DNA from: Mobula hypostoma
Lineage: Eukaryota
Assembly: GCF_963921235.1 (NCBI RefSeq)
Contig: NC_086118.1
Coordinates: 18,602,001 to 18,666,000 of the forward strand
Direction of reading: 5' to 3'
DNA: 64,000 nucleotides
Both the position numbers and the translations under genes were made by a program. The notes under the pieces were generated by a model. The model was not told the DNA's origin. It did not search any database and saw only the letters and a list, made by a program, of their open reading frames with translations. Below, piece after piece: positions 35,481 through 48,572 of this stretch (position 1 is the stretch's first letter; the number at the start of each line of letters is the position of its first letter).

Positions 35481-36094
35481 CCCAAAGTCTCCCAAAATAG
35501 CAAAATAGCACCAAGAAAGGATTGGCCGGGAACTACAGTCCAATCCACAAACTGCAGACTCAGAACTTTGGTACCATCCTTTGACAACACTGAGGGAGAG
35601 AGAAAGACCATTTGAAAGCAGCAGCGAGCAAGAAGCTGGTAGACAGCGTTGAACATTCGCGCACCTTTCACACTTGCTCGCATTTTACACTCACCTCAAA
35701 GTTTCAATCTTCCTTGATGCTTTAATCAAAGAGATTAGCGAGAAGTGGAGTTGATCATGGGTCCATGCCCTGTCTCTAAGCTTCTTGACTCCAAGAATCT
35801 TCTCGGAGGCAGCAAAGCACCAAGATGCTGGGCTCAATGAGCCCAAAAACACACCATCAGACTGTAGATCACAGGCTCCAACAGTAGCAGAACCCCATTT
35901 AAAAGCAAAAGAATATGTAAAATAAGTGAACGAAACAGTTTTGAGGACCATTTAGAGAATGTTTCCTTTGGTAGCATTATTTACTGGCACCATGGTCTTC
36001 CAGTTATCCATTAGAAAGTTAATTCTATTTCTCTCTCCACAGGAGCTACCTGAGATGTAGGGTATTTTCAGCTTTCTCAGTTTCGGGCCTGCAG

Positions 36095-36362
36095 ATAATG
36101 AACACTGAACTGAATATTGACTCTTTCGATTTTGTATTTTATATTCTGCATTCTTGCTCATTCTGTCTTGTTGCCATTTGTGCAATTTTGTTTTGTGTGG
36201 TGGGGGTTGATGTTTTTGTTGCCATGTGTGCAATTTGTACTTTATGTGTGGGGGGATTGATGGTTTTCTTTGAATGGGTTTCATGCTTTTCTTTGTTTCT
36301 TGGCTGTCTGTGGGGGAAGATGAATCTCAGGGCTGTATACTGTGTGCATACTTTGATTTAAA
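36095..36362 (+). mobile_element. Rex-tailed non-coding repeat
   Basis: T/G-rich body ending GAATCTCAGGG.TGTATACTG..CATACTTTGAT, similar to 43860-44200. Confidence 0.6.
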
Positions 36363-37709
36363 AATGTTAAGGAGAGATAATTGAACTGAAATTATAACTT
36401 TGTTTCTTCTTCCATGAATATTGTCTAACCCATTGAGTATTACCCACATTTCTGTTCCTTAATTTATTATTTCATGCATATCCTGCACCACCAGTGAATA
36501 TTATAATCTGCATAAGTATTAGGTTATCTTTCAGAATTGAGTGTACTACATGGGTATAGCCTTAACTCTTTTTTATACCAGACATCCTTATTTCTTCAGC
36601 CTCCATTGAAGCTTGTCCTATTGCTAGCTGTAACTAACTTTGATGATAATGTTTGGAGAAACATATATTAAAAAACACCACAAACCTCAAGTTAAGCAGA
36701 CCTCCCTATTATTTGGTATCAACAGTGTGTCTAACAACCACTGAAGTATACATTCTATTAAACTGATATGACATTCCCATTTTTGCAGCACCTTTCAAAT
36801 CACTTGTATACTAGCTAACTGGAATGAAACTTGTTTATCAGAAGGTCCTCACAATAGAAATATTATCATAAATTTGATTTAAACGTATCAGTAAACATTA
36901 AAAGTATATGAATCTATGAGTCTGTTTGAATAAATGCCCTCTAATAGCTCACTTGTACTGTTTCAATATACTGAATAAAACATTTAAGTTGGTTTGGGAA
37001 TGGAAGGGATTAGATTTAACACATCAAGTTCCATGTTTGTCCAGTAGCAGCAAGAGTTGAGATTGTGTATAATTAAAAAGACTGAACAATGATAGCTGGG
37101 TCATTGTCTGCCTCATGTTTGTTTTCATATCGGCACATGTTGGAAAGCACTCTAAAGGAAAAGATGTCAGTAGATGGGGTAATTGAGAAAATCAACCACA
37201 GTGAATGGACAAACTCGACTGTGGCATAACTTGATAAGGGTGAATCAGAGATTCTTTCTGAAAGAAGGGGCAGGAACAGTGTAATGCACAAGTTATAGCC
37301 TGATGAATGATTTCAAAGAAGAACATTTGAAATTCAGCAATCAAGTGATATGGCCAGGTCCTTCTACTCGGTGTTTGGTTCCTAACTGCCTGTGTCTAGA
37401 AATCAGATTGTGTGTCAGAAATCAGTGACTCTGCCTTGCTTAGATTAGTCCATGATGTTACCATCTACCACTTCCCCTATTAATGCCACCTTATCCATTC
37501 CTGAAATACATCAAGAATAGATGAAGAAACTAAACTTATTTAGGTTTAATTAATTACAAGCAGAGTGAGTTCCAATTTGGCTTCAGTGTTGACATAACTC
37601 AAATTTCCAGAGGTAACCATAAAGACTTTTAATCATCTTTTTCTAAGACATACTGTAAGTGCTGAATTTCTATACTTTTTGTGAAATGTTTTCGTTCTTG
37701 AGGATGTCT

Positions 37710-40700
37710 ATAGAGTCACAGAGTACAACAGCACAGAAACAGGCCCTTCAGCCCATCTGGTCTGTGTCAAAATTTTTACTCTGCCTAGTCCTATCAACGT
37801 GTTTCCACTCCACATCCCTCCATACCACTCCCATCCATACACTGATCCAAATTTCTGTTGAATGTTGAAATCGAATGTGCATCCAGTGCTTCACCTGACA
37901 GCTCATTCCACACTTGCATTACCCTCTGAGTGAAGAAGTTCCCCTTAAACATTTCATCTTTCACCCTGAACCCATGACTTCTAATTCTTGACTCACCCAA
38001 CTGTAGTGGAAAAAGCCTGCTTGCATTTACTCTATGCCTCTCAAAATTTTGTATTACGCTCTAGGGAGTTACACTTCTCAGTGCCCTATCACTCACTAAG
38101 TAAGTCCTGCCCTGGTTGGTCTTTTATCAAAGTGCAAAACCTTGCACTTCTCTGCATTAAATTCCATTTAGCCTAGATCCCGCTGCAAGCTTGGACAGTC
38201 TTCTTCGCTGCCACTACACACCCAGTCTTGGTGTCATCTGCAAATTTGCTGATCCAGTTAACCACATCATCATCCAGATCATTGATATAGATGACAAATG
38301 ACAAAGGACCCAGCACCGATCTTTGCAGCACTCCATTAGTCACAGGCCTCCAGTCAGAGAGGCAACCATCTACTATCATTCCCTGAGCTTCTCTCACAAA
38401 GCCAATTGTGAATGGTAAGAGACTGAACCTTCTTAACCAACCTCCCATGTCAAAGGCCTTGCTAAAGTCCATGTAGGGAACACCAACTATCCTAATACTG
38501 TACCTTTCTTGAAAAATTTTTTGATTGGTTAGTGGCCTACTATGTACAAAACCACATTGGTTATTCCTAATCAGTCCCTGTCTATCCAAATACTTAAACA
38601 TCCAGTTCCTTTGAATACTTTCCAATAACTTACCCACTACTGATGTCAGACTCACCAATTTGTAATTTCCCAGCTTCGTCTTAGAGCCCTTCTTAAAGAA
38701 CAGAAGAACATTAGCTATCCTCCAGTCCTCTGGTATCTCATCTGTAGTCACAAATGTTTCAAAAATCTCTGCTAGAGCCCCTGCAGTTTCTGTGCTAGCC
38801 TCACACAAGGTCCAAAGGAACAGATTTCTCAACCTTAATTTGCTTTAAGACAGCTAACACCCTCTCCTCTGTAATCTGTATGTGGTTAATAACCTCACCG
38901 CTGTTTTGCTCAGTTCTGTAGACTTTGTGTCCATCTCCCAAGTAGAGACAGATACAGAAAATCCACTTAAGATCTACCCCATCTCTTTTGGTTCCATGCA
39001 CATATGACCACTTTGATCTTCAAGAGAACCACTTTTCAACATAATTATATAAGGGCTAAGAGAGTTGTAAAAGAGCGCCTGAAGGCTTTGTGTGTCAATG
39101 CAAGGAGCATTCGTAATAAGGTGGATGAATTGAAAGTGCAGATTGTTATTAATGATTATGATATAGTTGGGATCACAGAGACATGGCTCCAGGGTGACCA
39201 AGGACGGGAGCTCAACGTTCAAGGATATTCAATATTCAGGAGGGATAGACATGAAAGAAAAGGAGGTGGGGTGGCGTTGCTGGTTAAAGAGGAGATTAAC
39301 GCAATAGAAAGGAAGGACATAAGCCGGGAAGATGGCCTACTCCTGCACCTATTTTCTATGTTTCTATGTCCTTTGCTATCCCTTTTCTCAATATATCTGT
39401 AGAAGCCCTTGGAATTCTCCTTCAGCATCAAAATTGGTCATTCTGCAATTTCGAATCTCATCCTGGAGACCAGACCTATACTTCTCCAGAATTATCTTGA
39501 AACAAATGGCATTATGATCACTAGATACAAAGTGTTGCCCTACACAAACTTCTCTCGCCTGCCCTGTCTCTTTCCCTAATGGGAGATCTAGTATCTGCTC
39601 TGTCTAGTTGGGACTTCTATGTATTGATTAGGAAAACTTTCCTGAGCACATTTGACAAATTCTATCCCATCCAGCCATTTTACAATATGGAAGTCCCAGT
39701 CAATATGTGGAAAGTTATCATCAGCTACTATCACAACTTCATGTTTCTTGCAGCAGTGCGTGATCTTTATACAAACTTGATCCTCTAAATCCTGCTGATT
39801 ATTGGGTGGCCTATAGTATAATCCCATTAACATGGTCATTCCTTTCTTATTCCTCAGATACACCCATGTGGCCTCAGTAGGTGAGCTCTCCAATCTGACC
39901 CGTCAGAGCATTTCCATGACATTTACCCTGACCATTAATGTCACCCTCCTCTTTGAATACCTCCCATTCTACCATGTCTAAAACAACAGAACCACAGAAC
40001 ATTGAGCTGCCAGTCCTGCCTCTCTGCAACCACATCTCACTAATGGCTACAATGTCATTATACCATGTGCTGACCCATGCCTTAAACTCATCTAGCTTCC
40101 CTACAATACTCCTTGCATTGAAATATACATAAATTAGAATATTAGTCCCACCAAGCTCAAGCTTTTCATTCCTGATTTGTATGTAGACTTAACAGTATCT
40201 TTCCCAACTATCGCTCCATTATCTGCTATGGCACTCTGTTTCCCACCTCTCTGCAGCTCTAGTTTAAAACCCAAACCACAGCCCATCCCCAGCTGTGCAG
40301 CCCCAGCACATCTTCCAGCAAGGATATTAGCTCCCCACCTCGCAAACTGTCCCTTCTGTACATGTCCCATCTTCCCTAGAAGAGAGCCCAGTGATCTAAA
40401 AATCTGAAGCCCTCCCTCTAGTACCATCTCCTTAGCCACATGTTAAACAGTATTATATTCCTACTCCTGGCCTTATGAGCATGTGGCACGGATAGCAATC
40501 CTGAGATCACAAGCCTGAAGATCCTGTCCTTTAACTTAGCACCAAACTTTGCAGGATCTCATCATCGTTCCTACTCATGTCATTGGTCCCAAAGCGGTTC
40601 ATGTCCGGTTGCTCACTCTTCCCCTTAAGAATGCTAACCACTCAATTTAAAATGTCCTTTACCTTGGCACCCGCAAGGCAACATACCATCCAGGAATCTA

Positions 40701-41047
40701 GTTCGTGTCCACAGAACCTCCTTTCTGTTCCCTTAACTAATGAATCTCCTCCCACTAAAGCTTACATCTTCTTTCCCCTTCGCTTCTGAGCCACAGAACC
40801 AGACTCAGTGCCAGAGACCTGATCGCTGTGGCTTTCCTTTGTCAGGTCAGCCACCCAACAGTATCCAAAGTCTGTTATTGAAGGAAATGGCCACTGGTAT
40901 ACGCTGTTCTAACTACCTATCCTGTTTCCCTTTCCGGACAGTTACCCGGTTACCTGTGTCCTGCACTTGGAGTGTAGCTACCTCCCTGCATCACCTGTTG
41001 ATCAATCCCGCAGACTCCCAAATGATCCAGCGTTCATCAGGCTTCAG
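37710..41047 (-). mobile_element. CR1 LINE, decayed, ORF1 to 3' tail
   Basis: RT IPEDWRIANV..YMDFSKAF..VLGPLSFVIYINDLD..KFADDTK; APE GLYYRPPN..FPHIDW; ORF1 esterase remnants 40130-40790; tail ACAGAAACAGGCCCTTCAGCCCA at ~37730. Confidence 0.9.
39037..39369 (+). mobile_element. Young CR1 piece: APE N-terminus fused directly to the 3' tail
   Basis: LCVNARSIRNKVDEL..GITETWL..KGGGVALLVK then immediately ATGGCCTACTCCTGCACCTATTTTCTATGTTTCTATG; opposite strand to its host CR1. Confidence 0.8.
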
Positions 41048-44000
41048 TTGAATATGCAGGCCTGATATCCCTTGATGAAGCTCCTGTTTACTTTGTTCCC
41101 CAGCAAGTCTCCTAAGTTTGTTAACTCAGTTAGGATGCAATATACTGTTTGGCTGTTAGCTGGGTGGAGACAACAAGGAGCCTGCATGTGCAGACTTGAC
41201 AGGACACTCCTCTCCTCACCCCCATCTACAGACAGCCACATCCCAGGATGATCCAGATGGTTTTGGTGGAACTTCCCAATGAGCAATGGATCAATATTTA
41301 ACTGGATGGCACCCAAGATCTCTCCTCCGGGCTGTACTTCTTGTCCACGATGACATGCATCCATAAACTGGTGAATATGTACACTGGACCACCTTTCACC
41401 ATCCTAGATCATAGACACTGGGCTTCAGGCAGGACACGTGGAAGGTAGGTGTGATCCTGAGGAACAGTGGCAGCTGGAGACAGTAAGTGATTGGATTTAC
41501 GCAAAGGGTAATCTTCAAGGGACCAATGAACCAAGTAAAAAGCTTGCAGGAGTCGGTTTGCAAGGGCAGATCTCAGGTGGTCCCCAGGCCAGAGTAAGTC
41601 TGGCTGGTGCTGACGTGGTTACCTAGTGGCAGTAGTGGTCAGCAGAACAAGAGTAGCAGAAAATCCAGGGTCCATTGTGCATCCGAATGTCCGGAGAGGT
41701 GTGAAGAATGGTCTCACCGGAGAACCTCAGAGCACTTGGCCACTGGCACAAACATGCAATTGTCAGGTATTTCAGGCAGAGCAGACTCGTGTTGTAGGGC
41801 CTGGCAGATCTGGTTCTCTAGATGATGGGGGAAGGATCAGCGAGAATGGACTGATGGGCTGAGAGTTGATCTCCGTTTCAGCTGAGTTGTAGTGTTTTTG
41901 GAACCAGGTCAGTAAAAGACGGTGAAGCTGAACTGCTCAGAGAAGAAGGCCCTGTGAGCCTGACGTAGTTTCAGCTGGTGGGATATGTGGTTTTGGTGGT
42001 CAGTCCAAATCAGGAAGAGCTCATTTCCCATCAGCCAATGTCTCCACTCTTCCAAGGCTCATTTTAGAGCAAGTAGATCTCTGTCTCCTAAGCCATAATG
42101 GTGCTGTGTAAAGTTGAATTTACATGAGAAGAAGGCACAAGATTGTTGAGAGGAGTGATGATTTGGTGAGTTTCTGATGAACCAGTGGTAGAATTGGAGA
42201 AGCCCAAGAAGCACTGTAGATGTTTGAGGGAATGAGTGGAGCTTGCAACGATGATGCGCACTTTCTCTACGTCTATGTTTATGCCTTGGGGTGGAAGTAC
42301 ATAACCCAGGAAAGAATGGACTGGGGTGTGGAATGTGCATTTTTCTAATTTGCAGTGCGGCTGGTTTTCGAGGAACCACTGAATGACTGAATGCTTGTGA
42401 CAGACATGGTCTTGGGGGGCCTTGGAGAAGATAAGGATATCGCTGAGGTAGACAAATACATACCTGTGTGTGTAGCATGTCTTGGAGGATTTTTTAATCA
42501 AAACTTGGAAAATGTTTAGGCTGTCGGCAAGTCTGAAAGACATCGACAAGTATTCGTAGTGGCCAGTGGGTGTTATGAACGCCGACTTCCACTCATCCTC
42601 CTGGCATACGCGGATCAGGTTGTAAGCGCTCTGTGGATCCAGTTTAATGAACAGCTGGGCCTTGAGGACCGTTTTGAGTGCACTATTCATGAAGGGGAAA
42701 GTGTAGCAGTTCTTAATGGAGATTTTGATGAGTCCACAATAGTCAATGCAGGGACAAAAAAGAATCCAACACTGGCTGGGGACTGGGACGGTCACGTGTA
42801 GCACCTTGGCAATGTAATTGTTCATGGCTTTGGGAGGGGAGAGGGAGAAGAGACAATTTTGGTGAGGGGTGGTATCTGGGAGGAGGTCAATCATGCGGTT
42901 GTGTGGTCTGTGAGGCAGCAGGGTACTGGTTTCCCTTTTACTGAAGGTGATGGCGAAGCTGTGGTATTCCTGTGGGAGTTTGGTGAGGTCAAAGGTTTCC
43001 TCCGGCTCCACGGATTTATAGGGTGAGGTCAACGGAGGTTTTAGGCAGGTGGGTTCCCAACTCACAGTGGACCAGTCGACCAGGCAAAGCGAGGGTTGTG
43101 AGTGGAGAGCCAGGGGCAACCCAAGATGAGAGGAGTTCTGGATGAGTCGATCAGGATGAATTGGAAGGACTTGTGGTGCTCTCTGAAGTTCATGTGCACA
43201 GGCCATATATGCACGCTGATCATCCCGAACCCCAAAGGATGTCTGCCAATGGCCATGGTAGAGAAGGGGTGAGAGATAGGCCTGGGAGAGAGTTCAAGCT
43301 GCACACACAGAGCCTGCCCCAGATAGTTGCCTGCTGCGCTGGAATCCACCAGAGCCTCCTGTGAGCGTAGAGCTGTTGGGATGTGGTGGGAGGACAGAGA
43401 GAGTGGGTCAGGTGGGAGGAGATTTCCAGATAGAAGGCCTTTTTTCTACTTGGTGGTGCCATTACCTGGACACAGTGGGCATTTGATGTGTGGGTGATCG
43501 GCTACTCCGCAGTAAGCATGATCGTTGTTTCTCCACCGATACTCATGTTCTTGGGGGATGAGCGATTAAGGGAGATCTCCCTCACCTCATGGGTTCTGGA
43601 GACATTGATGATGAGAGTTCTGCAGCTTGAAATGATTCTTGGAATTAATCTAGGGCTCCAGCTAATGATCTGGAGGGTCATTCCATAAGATGCTTGTCAA
43701 TTCGGAGAGTCAGAATGATGAGGCTTTCGAGATCAATGGCCATCTCCTGGGTAAGCAGCTCTTTCAAGAGCTCTGAGTGGCCGTGACGGTCTTGGAGGGG
43801 CAGCTGGTTCAAGTCACTGCCCTGATGGGGGTTGTTGCGTCCTGATACATAATCGAAATTCTGAGATTTATGGATTGGACTGTAGTTCGTATTGGTCTCT
43901 TTCAGTTCTATGTTTTTTTTTGTGTTCTCGCCGGTTCTTTCTTGTTGCCTATGGCATTCTGGGTGCTTGGGGTTTGTTGTTCTTGTTGTTTCACCATGGG

Positions 44001-45070
44001 TGGCGGGTGATCTTTTGTGTGAGGAGGGGTGGGGAGGTTTGGGGCTTGTGAGTTTTTGTTTCTTTTTCTTTTTGTGTGTGGCGGGTGATTGATGTCTTTC
44101 TTTCAACTACTTCTATGGATTTCTGTATTTTATGGCTATCTGGCGAAGACAGATCTCAGAGTTGTATTCTGCATGCATACTTTGATAATAAAATGAACCT
44201 TTGGCAACGGGCCAGCAATGCTTTTGCATTCCTGCTGCACTCCGCTGTGAGGGTCCTGAATTTCCCGATACAGTCCATCACTGAGCATGAGCCTTGATGC
44301 AGGCAAAGTATCCGATCCACTGGTCCCCTTCCACTTTCCTGATGGTTGAAAATCTGGCACATCTCAGTGCTGAATTCCTCATATTTATTGCAAACAGTAG
44401 TTCATTGACTATTTAACGGTGGCCCAGGTCAGGGCTTGCCCAGTCAAGAGAGAGATGATGAAAGCAATTTTGGCTTGGTCTATAGAGTACAGAGAAAGCT
44501 GGAGCTTGAAGTGTAAGATGTATTGGGACAGGAGGTTGCAGCATTGGGTTGGGGATCCATCAATGCATTCAGGCTTCAGAATCCAGTTCTCAGTGTAAGA
44601 AGACTGACTGTCACAGCGATGCTGTATTGAGACAGAGAGTTGGAAGAGAGTGGTGAGCAGATGGTCAATGGTTTCCTGCTGCTTCTGGATTGTATGCTCA
44701 TGTCGACGGACAATTTCTTTTAAGCAAGCATACGCTGCTGGGTCAATCAATAGTTCATTCATTCTGTCAGGAGATATAAAGGAGGTTTGACCGAAAAGCA
44801 GGGCAGTGGAGATGATTTAGTAGTGACCGATAACTTTAATAATCAACTGCAAAATAACAAGCCAAGAGGGGCCACAAAATAAGAGAGGACAAATACTTAA
44901 CATGATAAGGCAGCATGGCATCAGAAGGCTAGGAGAAACTGGTTGAGACTGGCTAGTTCAATAAGCGAACAAGAATTGTGGATAAGAGCTGGGTTCAAAT
45001 AGGTTGCAGGAGTTAAGTTGGAAATGAGTGGTAGGTGGAAACTAGAGGAGCTGAATGTGAAGGCCTGACA
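41048..45070 (-). mobile_element. Ty3/gypsy sushi-like (chromodomain) LTR retrotransposon, decayed
   Basis: 5' LTR 44765-45070 (TGTCAG...CTGACA); gag PECIDGSP..KIAFIISLLTGQALTWAT; protease DSSAAGNYL; RT CIDY, KLD..SAYNLIRV..DEWKSAF.TPTGHYEY, VYLSDILIFS; chromodomain GGPVY..D..RG..PEERSWVP; purine tract then partial 3' LTR starting at 41201. Confidence 0.9.
43782..44203 (+). mobile_element. Rex-tailed non-coding retroposon inserted in the gypsy gag
   Basis: Ends GATCTCAGAGTTGTATTCTGCATGCATACTTTGATAATAAAATGAACCTTTG; gag similarity resumes on both sides. Confidence 0.7.
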
Positions 45071-45279
45071 TCTCCTAATGTTTTTTTTTCCCCCAGTAAT
45101 TCTCCTAAATTTTTGGTACAGTTATGTTGCAGTATCTTGCTTGGTAGTCCAATTCATGTTTTTACACTTTATCTAACTCCATCTATCATCTTACAAGGAA
45201 GTTGACCACTATGGTGGCATTTAAATTGTTTATGCACTTTATGATCTGAATTACTTCAGTAAGATGATTTTTGAGTCTC

Positions 45280-46190
45280 AATACCTCTCTCTGTAACTGG
45301 ATCTTAGACTTCTTGACAGAAGGAACACAGTCAGTCTATGTTGGCAGCAACATCTCTGGTCCCATCATGCTGAGCACCCCATCCCACAGGGATGCATGCT
45401 CAGTCCGCTGCTGTACACACTGCTGACATATGCCAAATCCAGTTCCAACCACATCAAGTTTGGTCCTATCACCAACACCAATGAGAAGGTGTAGTGCAGC
45501 TTGTAGAATGGTGCAAGCACAACGTCTTGAGTCTCAATGTGGATAAGAGATGATTGTGCACTTTAGGAAGGTGCAGACTAACCACTCCTCACTGCAGATA
45601 AATGGCTTCTCTTTGGAGAGATATAGGGGTACCATATTTCTGGTTGTGCACCAAATAGACAATTTCACTTGGTCCCCTAACACCACCTCTTTAGTCAAAA
45701 AAGCACAATAGCATCTCCACTTCCCAAGGAGATTGAGAGGACAAGGCTCCCGCCCCCACTTCTAACCAATTTTTTACAGGAGTATCATTGAGAGTGTCCT
45801 GACCAGCTGGCACCATCCTCCAGTATAGGAATTGTAAGCCATCTGACTACAAGACCCAATGAAGGATTCTGAGGACTGTTGAGTGGATCATCAGTGTCTC
45901 TCTTCCAGCCATCTGAGATACCTGCCTTGTGCACTGCATACAGAGGGCCCTTAGCATTGTCAATGATCCCTGACGTTTGTCCAACAATCTCTTTGAACCT
46001 ATCCCATCAGACCAGAGGTTCCATAGCACTAGGACAATGACCACTAGGATGGGAAGCAGTTTCTTTCCCCAGATCATGAGACTACTGAACTTCCTGCCAC
46101 CACCATGGTCTCACCACATGAAGCACCAGTAATGTTGTACTGTTTACTTCTTAAATTGTGATGTAAATGCACCTTATTATTTGTTGAGCA
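45280..46190 (+). mobile_element. Rex1/Babar LINE 3' part, decayed
   Basis: [35 protein letters not shown]; tail SSFFPQIMRLLN. Confidence 0.8.
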
Positions 46191-47133
46191 TCTTATTCTT
46201 GAGCTGCTGGTTTTGCTGAAATTTTAAGACAAATCCCAGGCTTTAGAAGGCAAGTAACAGATGCACTGCCACAGTTAAACCTCCCTCATCGCCATGCAGT
46301 GGGGTTAGACCCTGAAAATTCTGTTCTATGTTATTGTTAATTGGAGGCAAACTGAAATTCATGTAACTTTAACTGAAAAAATAATGGAAACAGAATAGGC
46401 TGCAGCCATCAGACATGATTTGAATGAATACTCAGAAAAGGGAATAGTGTAGGACAAAGGGGAATCAGTAGGGAAGTTGGGTTGGTTTGATAGTACTTCT
46501 GAAGAACAGCATAAGGGCTAAATGATCTGTCAATGAGACATGACTGGCTCCTGAGGAAAATCAGAAGTTTGCCAAAGCCTTGAGGCACAATTCCTGGAGG
46601 CAAAGTCCAATTTATGTAGTCTCTATTCCGACTGCTCCTGACTGCCTTGTTGTGATAGGTAATGTGAATAACTAGCGATGTGTGGCACTAAGACAGTAAC
46701 ATCTACGGCTTTAAGTACAGCAGGAAATTGATCAAAGCTTCCTACAGTAAAATGCTGCAAAAATCAACAGCAAAATTGTTTGCAGTCACTTGGGGGTGGC
46801 GGAAGGCAAAGTTATTTCTGTAGAGAAAAACTGCTGCTGTCTTGGCCTTATTTGCCAATCACCAACGGCAGGAGGGCGGGGGTGGGGGGGCGCAGGAGTG
46901 ACTGAGTGGGTGCGTACTCCTGGGAGGAACAATAGAACGAGTAAACAGTGCTGAATGTAAAGTAGCCTGTTAATAAGGATTTTAAGTGAAACCTAAACAA
47001 GACATGTGCTGCTAAATATTTGAGGTTACCTCCACACACTTTGCTGCCAATGACAGAAATTTTGAGGATGTTTGAATTCTTTGGAAAGATTTATTATAAA
47101 TTTGTAAAGTCATTGCTTCAATATTGAGCTTCT

Positions 47134-47420
47134 AAAGTTCAAAGTAAATTTTATTATCAAAGTACATATATGTCACCATAAACAACCCTGAGAGTCGTCT
47201 TCTTGGGGGCATACTCAGCAAATCTGATGAAATTCAATGAAAGATAAATTACAAAAAAAGAATAGTAACTTTAACAGGATCAATGAAGGATCAGCCAGAG
47301 TGCAGAAGCCAACAAACTGTGCAAATGCAAATATAAATAATGAGAACATGAGATAATGAGAGAAAGAATCCCTGAAAGTGCGATAATTGGTTGTAGGAGT
47401 ATTTCAATGAAAACAACTCA
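47134..47420 (-). mobile_element. Rex1/Babar-type 3' tail fragment
   Basis: AAAGTTCAAAGTAAATTTTATTATCAAAGTACATATATGTCACCATA..CAACCCTGAGA. Confidence 0.65.
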
Positions 47421-48140
47421 AAGCTGAACTCATAACATGGGAATACAGATTAGTCCAACCTAGCACGACCATAGGAATAGCTTCTGAATAGTGAAGTTGT
47501 CTGAACATGTCATTTTAGTTATGAGCTTATTTGTGGACTCAAAGATCATTTAGTTTGTGGAATCTTACCAGAAAGCATTCAAAAACATATTGTAACTGAA
47601 GCACAGCTCACATTGAAAAGAGCAGTTGAAATTTTGTATCAGTGTAAACAGCAGACAAACATGGAATTGAGTTCCAGTCAGGAATGAAAGTGAATGTGAA
47701 CAAAATTGCAACCTCTAAACAGAAATCAGCCAGGCCAAGCAAATTGTGTTACCGTTCTGGCAGGGGATCTCATACACCAAACAAATGCAGATTTAAAGGT
47801 GAAACTTGCTGAAAATGCAGCAAGGCAGGACACATACAAAGATCATGTTGCAGACAAAAATAAATGGACTGCACAGGGGAAAGAAAAAGATAAAAAGTCA
47901 AGTTGCAGCTTCAGAAAGAGCAGTAATCTGCATACAGTTGATGATGAAAAATCTGATAATGACGGAAGTGAGACAGGACTGAGTAGCCTTGGGATTTACA
48001 ATATGAAAACTAACAAGAGGGTTACATCAAAAGAGAATGCTACATTAATTAAAATGGGATTAGACACTGGCTCAGCTGTTTCAGTCACTCCACACAATGA
48101 GTTTGAACAGTATTTCAAAAATGCTGAACTGAAGGTGCAG

Positions 48141-48572
48141 AGTCACAACCACTGACGCAGCTGTGCAGCAGATTAGGCAATTGTGTTCATGAATATGTAT
48201 GTATCAGATAATTATTATTCTATAATGGCTGTATTTAACTCCCTGCTTTTTGTTGTAGCACTTGTCGAGACTTGAGCAAAACATAGCAATGTTACGCTGC
48301 CTGTTTGCATTTGGCCTTGCCTGAAAATAGTAGACTGTTGAGCTGACTGTTGCTGAGGAGCAGTGGTATTCATTTTATACTTAGACATTCCTTTCAGCTG
48401 CAGGGTTGACATCTAGTTTTTCAATTGAGAGTTTTAGTTAATGGCCTTGTTGGACCTAACATTTATTGTTTTATTTTTCCCTTAAAATACTGTTTGCATT
48501 GAAGTCTGTGAACTATCGACCCGCTTCAGTGTCTCTTTCCCCACACTTGGGCCATATCCTAAGAAACTGACA
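48141..48572. mobile_element. Solo LTR inserted in the gypsy protease
   Basis: (T>A)GTCAC...CTGACA termini; flanks GCAG / GCAA; host frame resumes after it. Confidence 0.65.

Noticed and set aside
42088..44762. Domesticated PEG10/RTL-like gene
   Set aside because: Catalytic motifs are mutated (YLSD, DSSA), there are frameshifts and an insertion in gag, and an LTR is retained; this is a decayed sushi-type element
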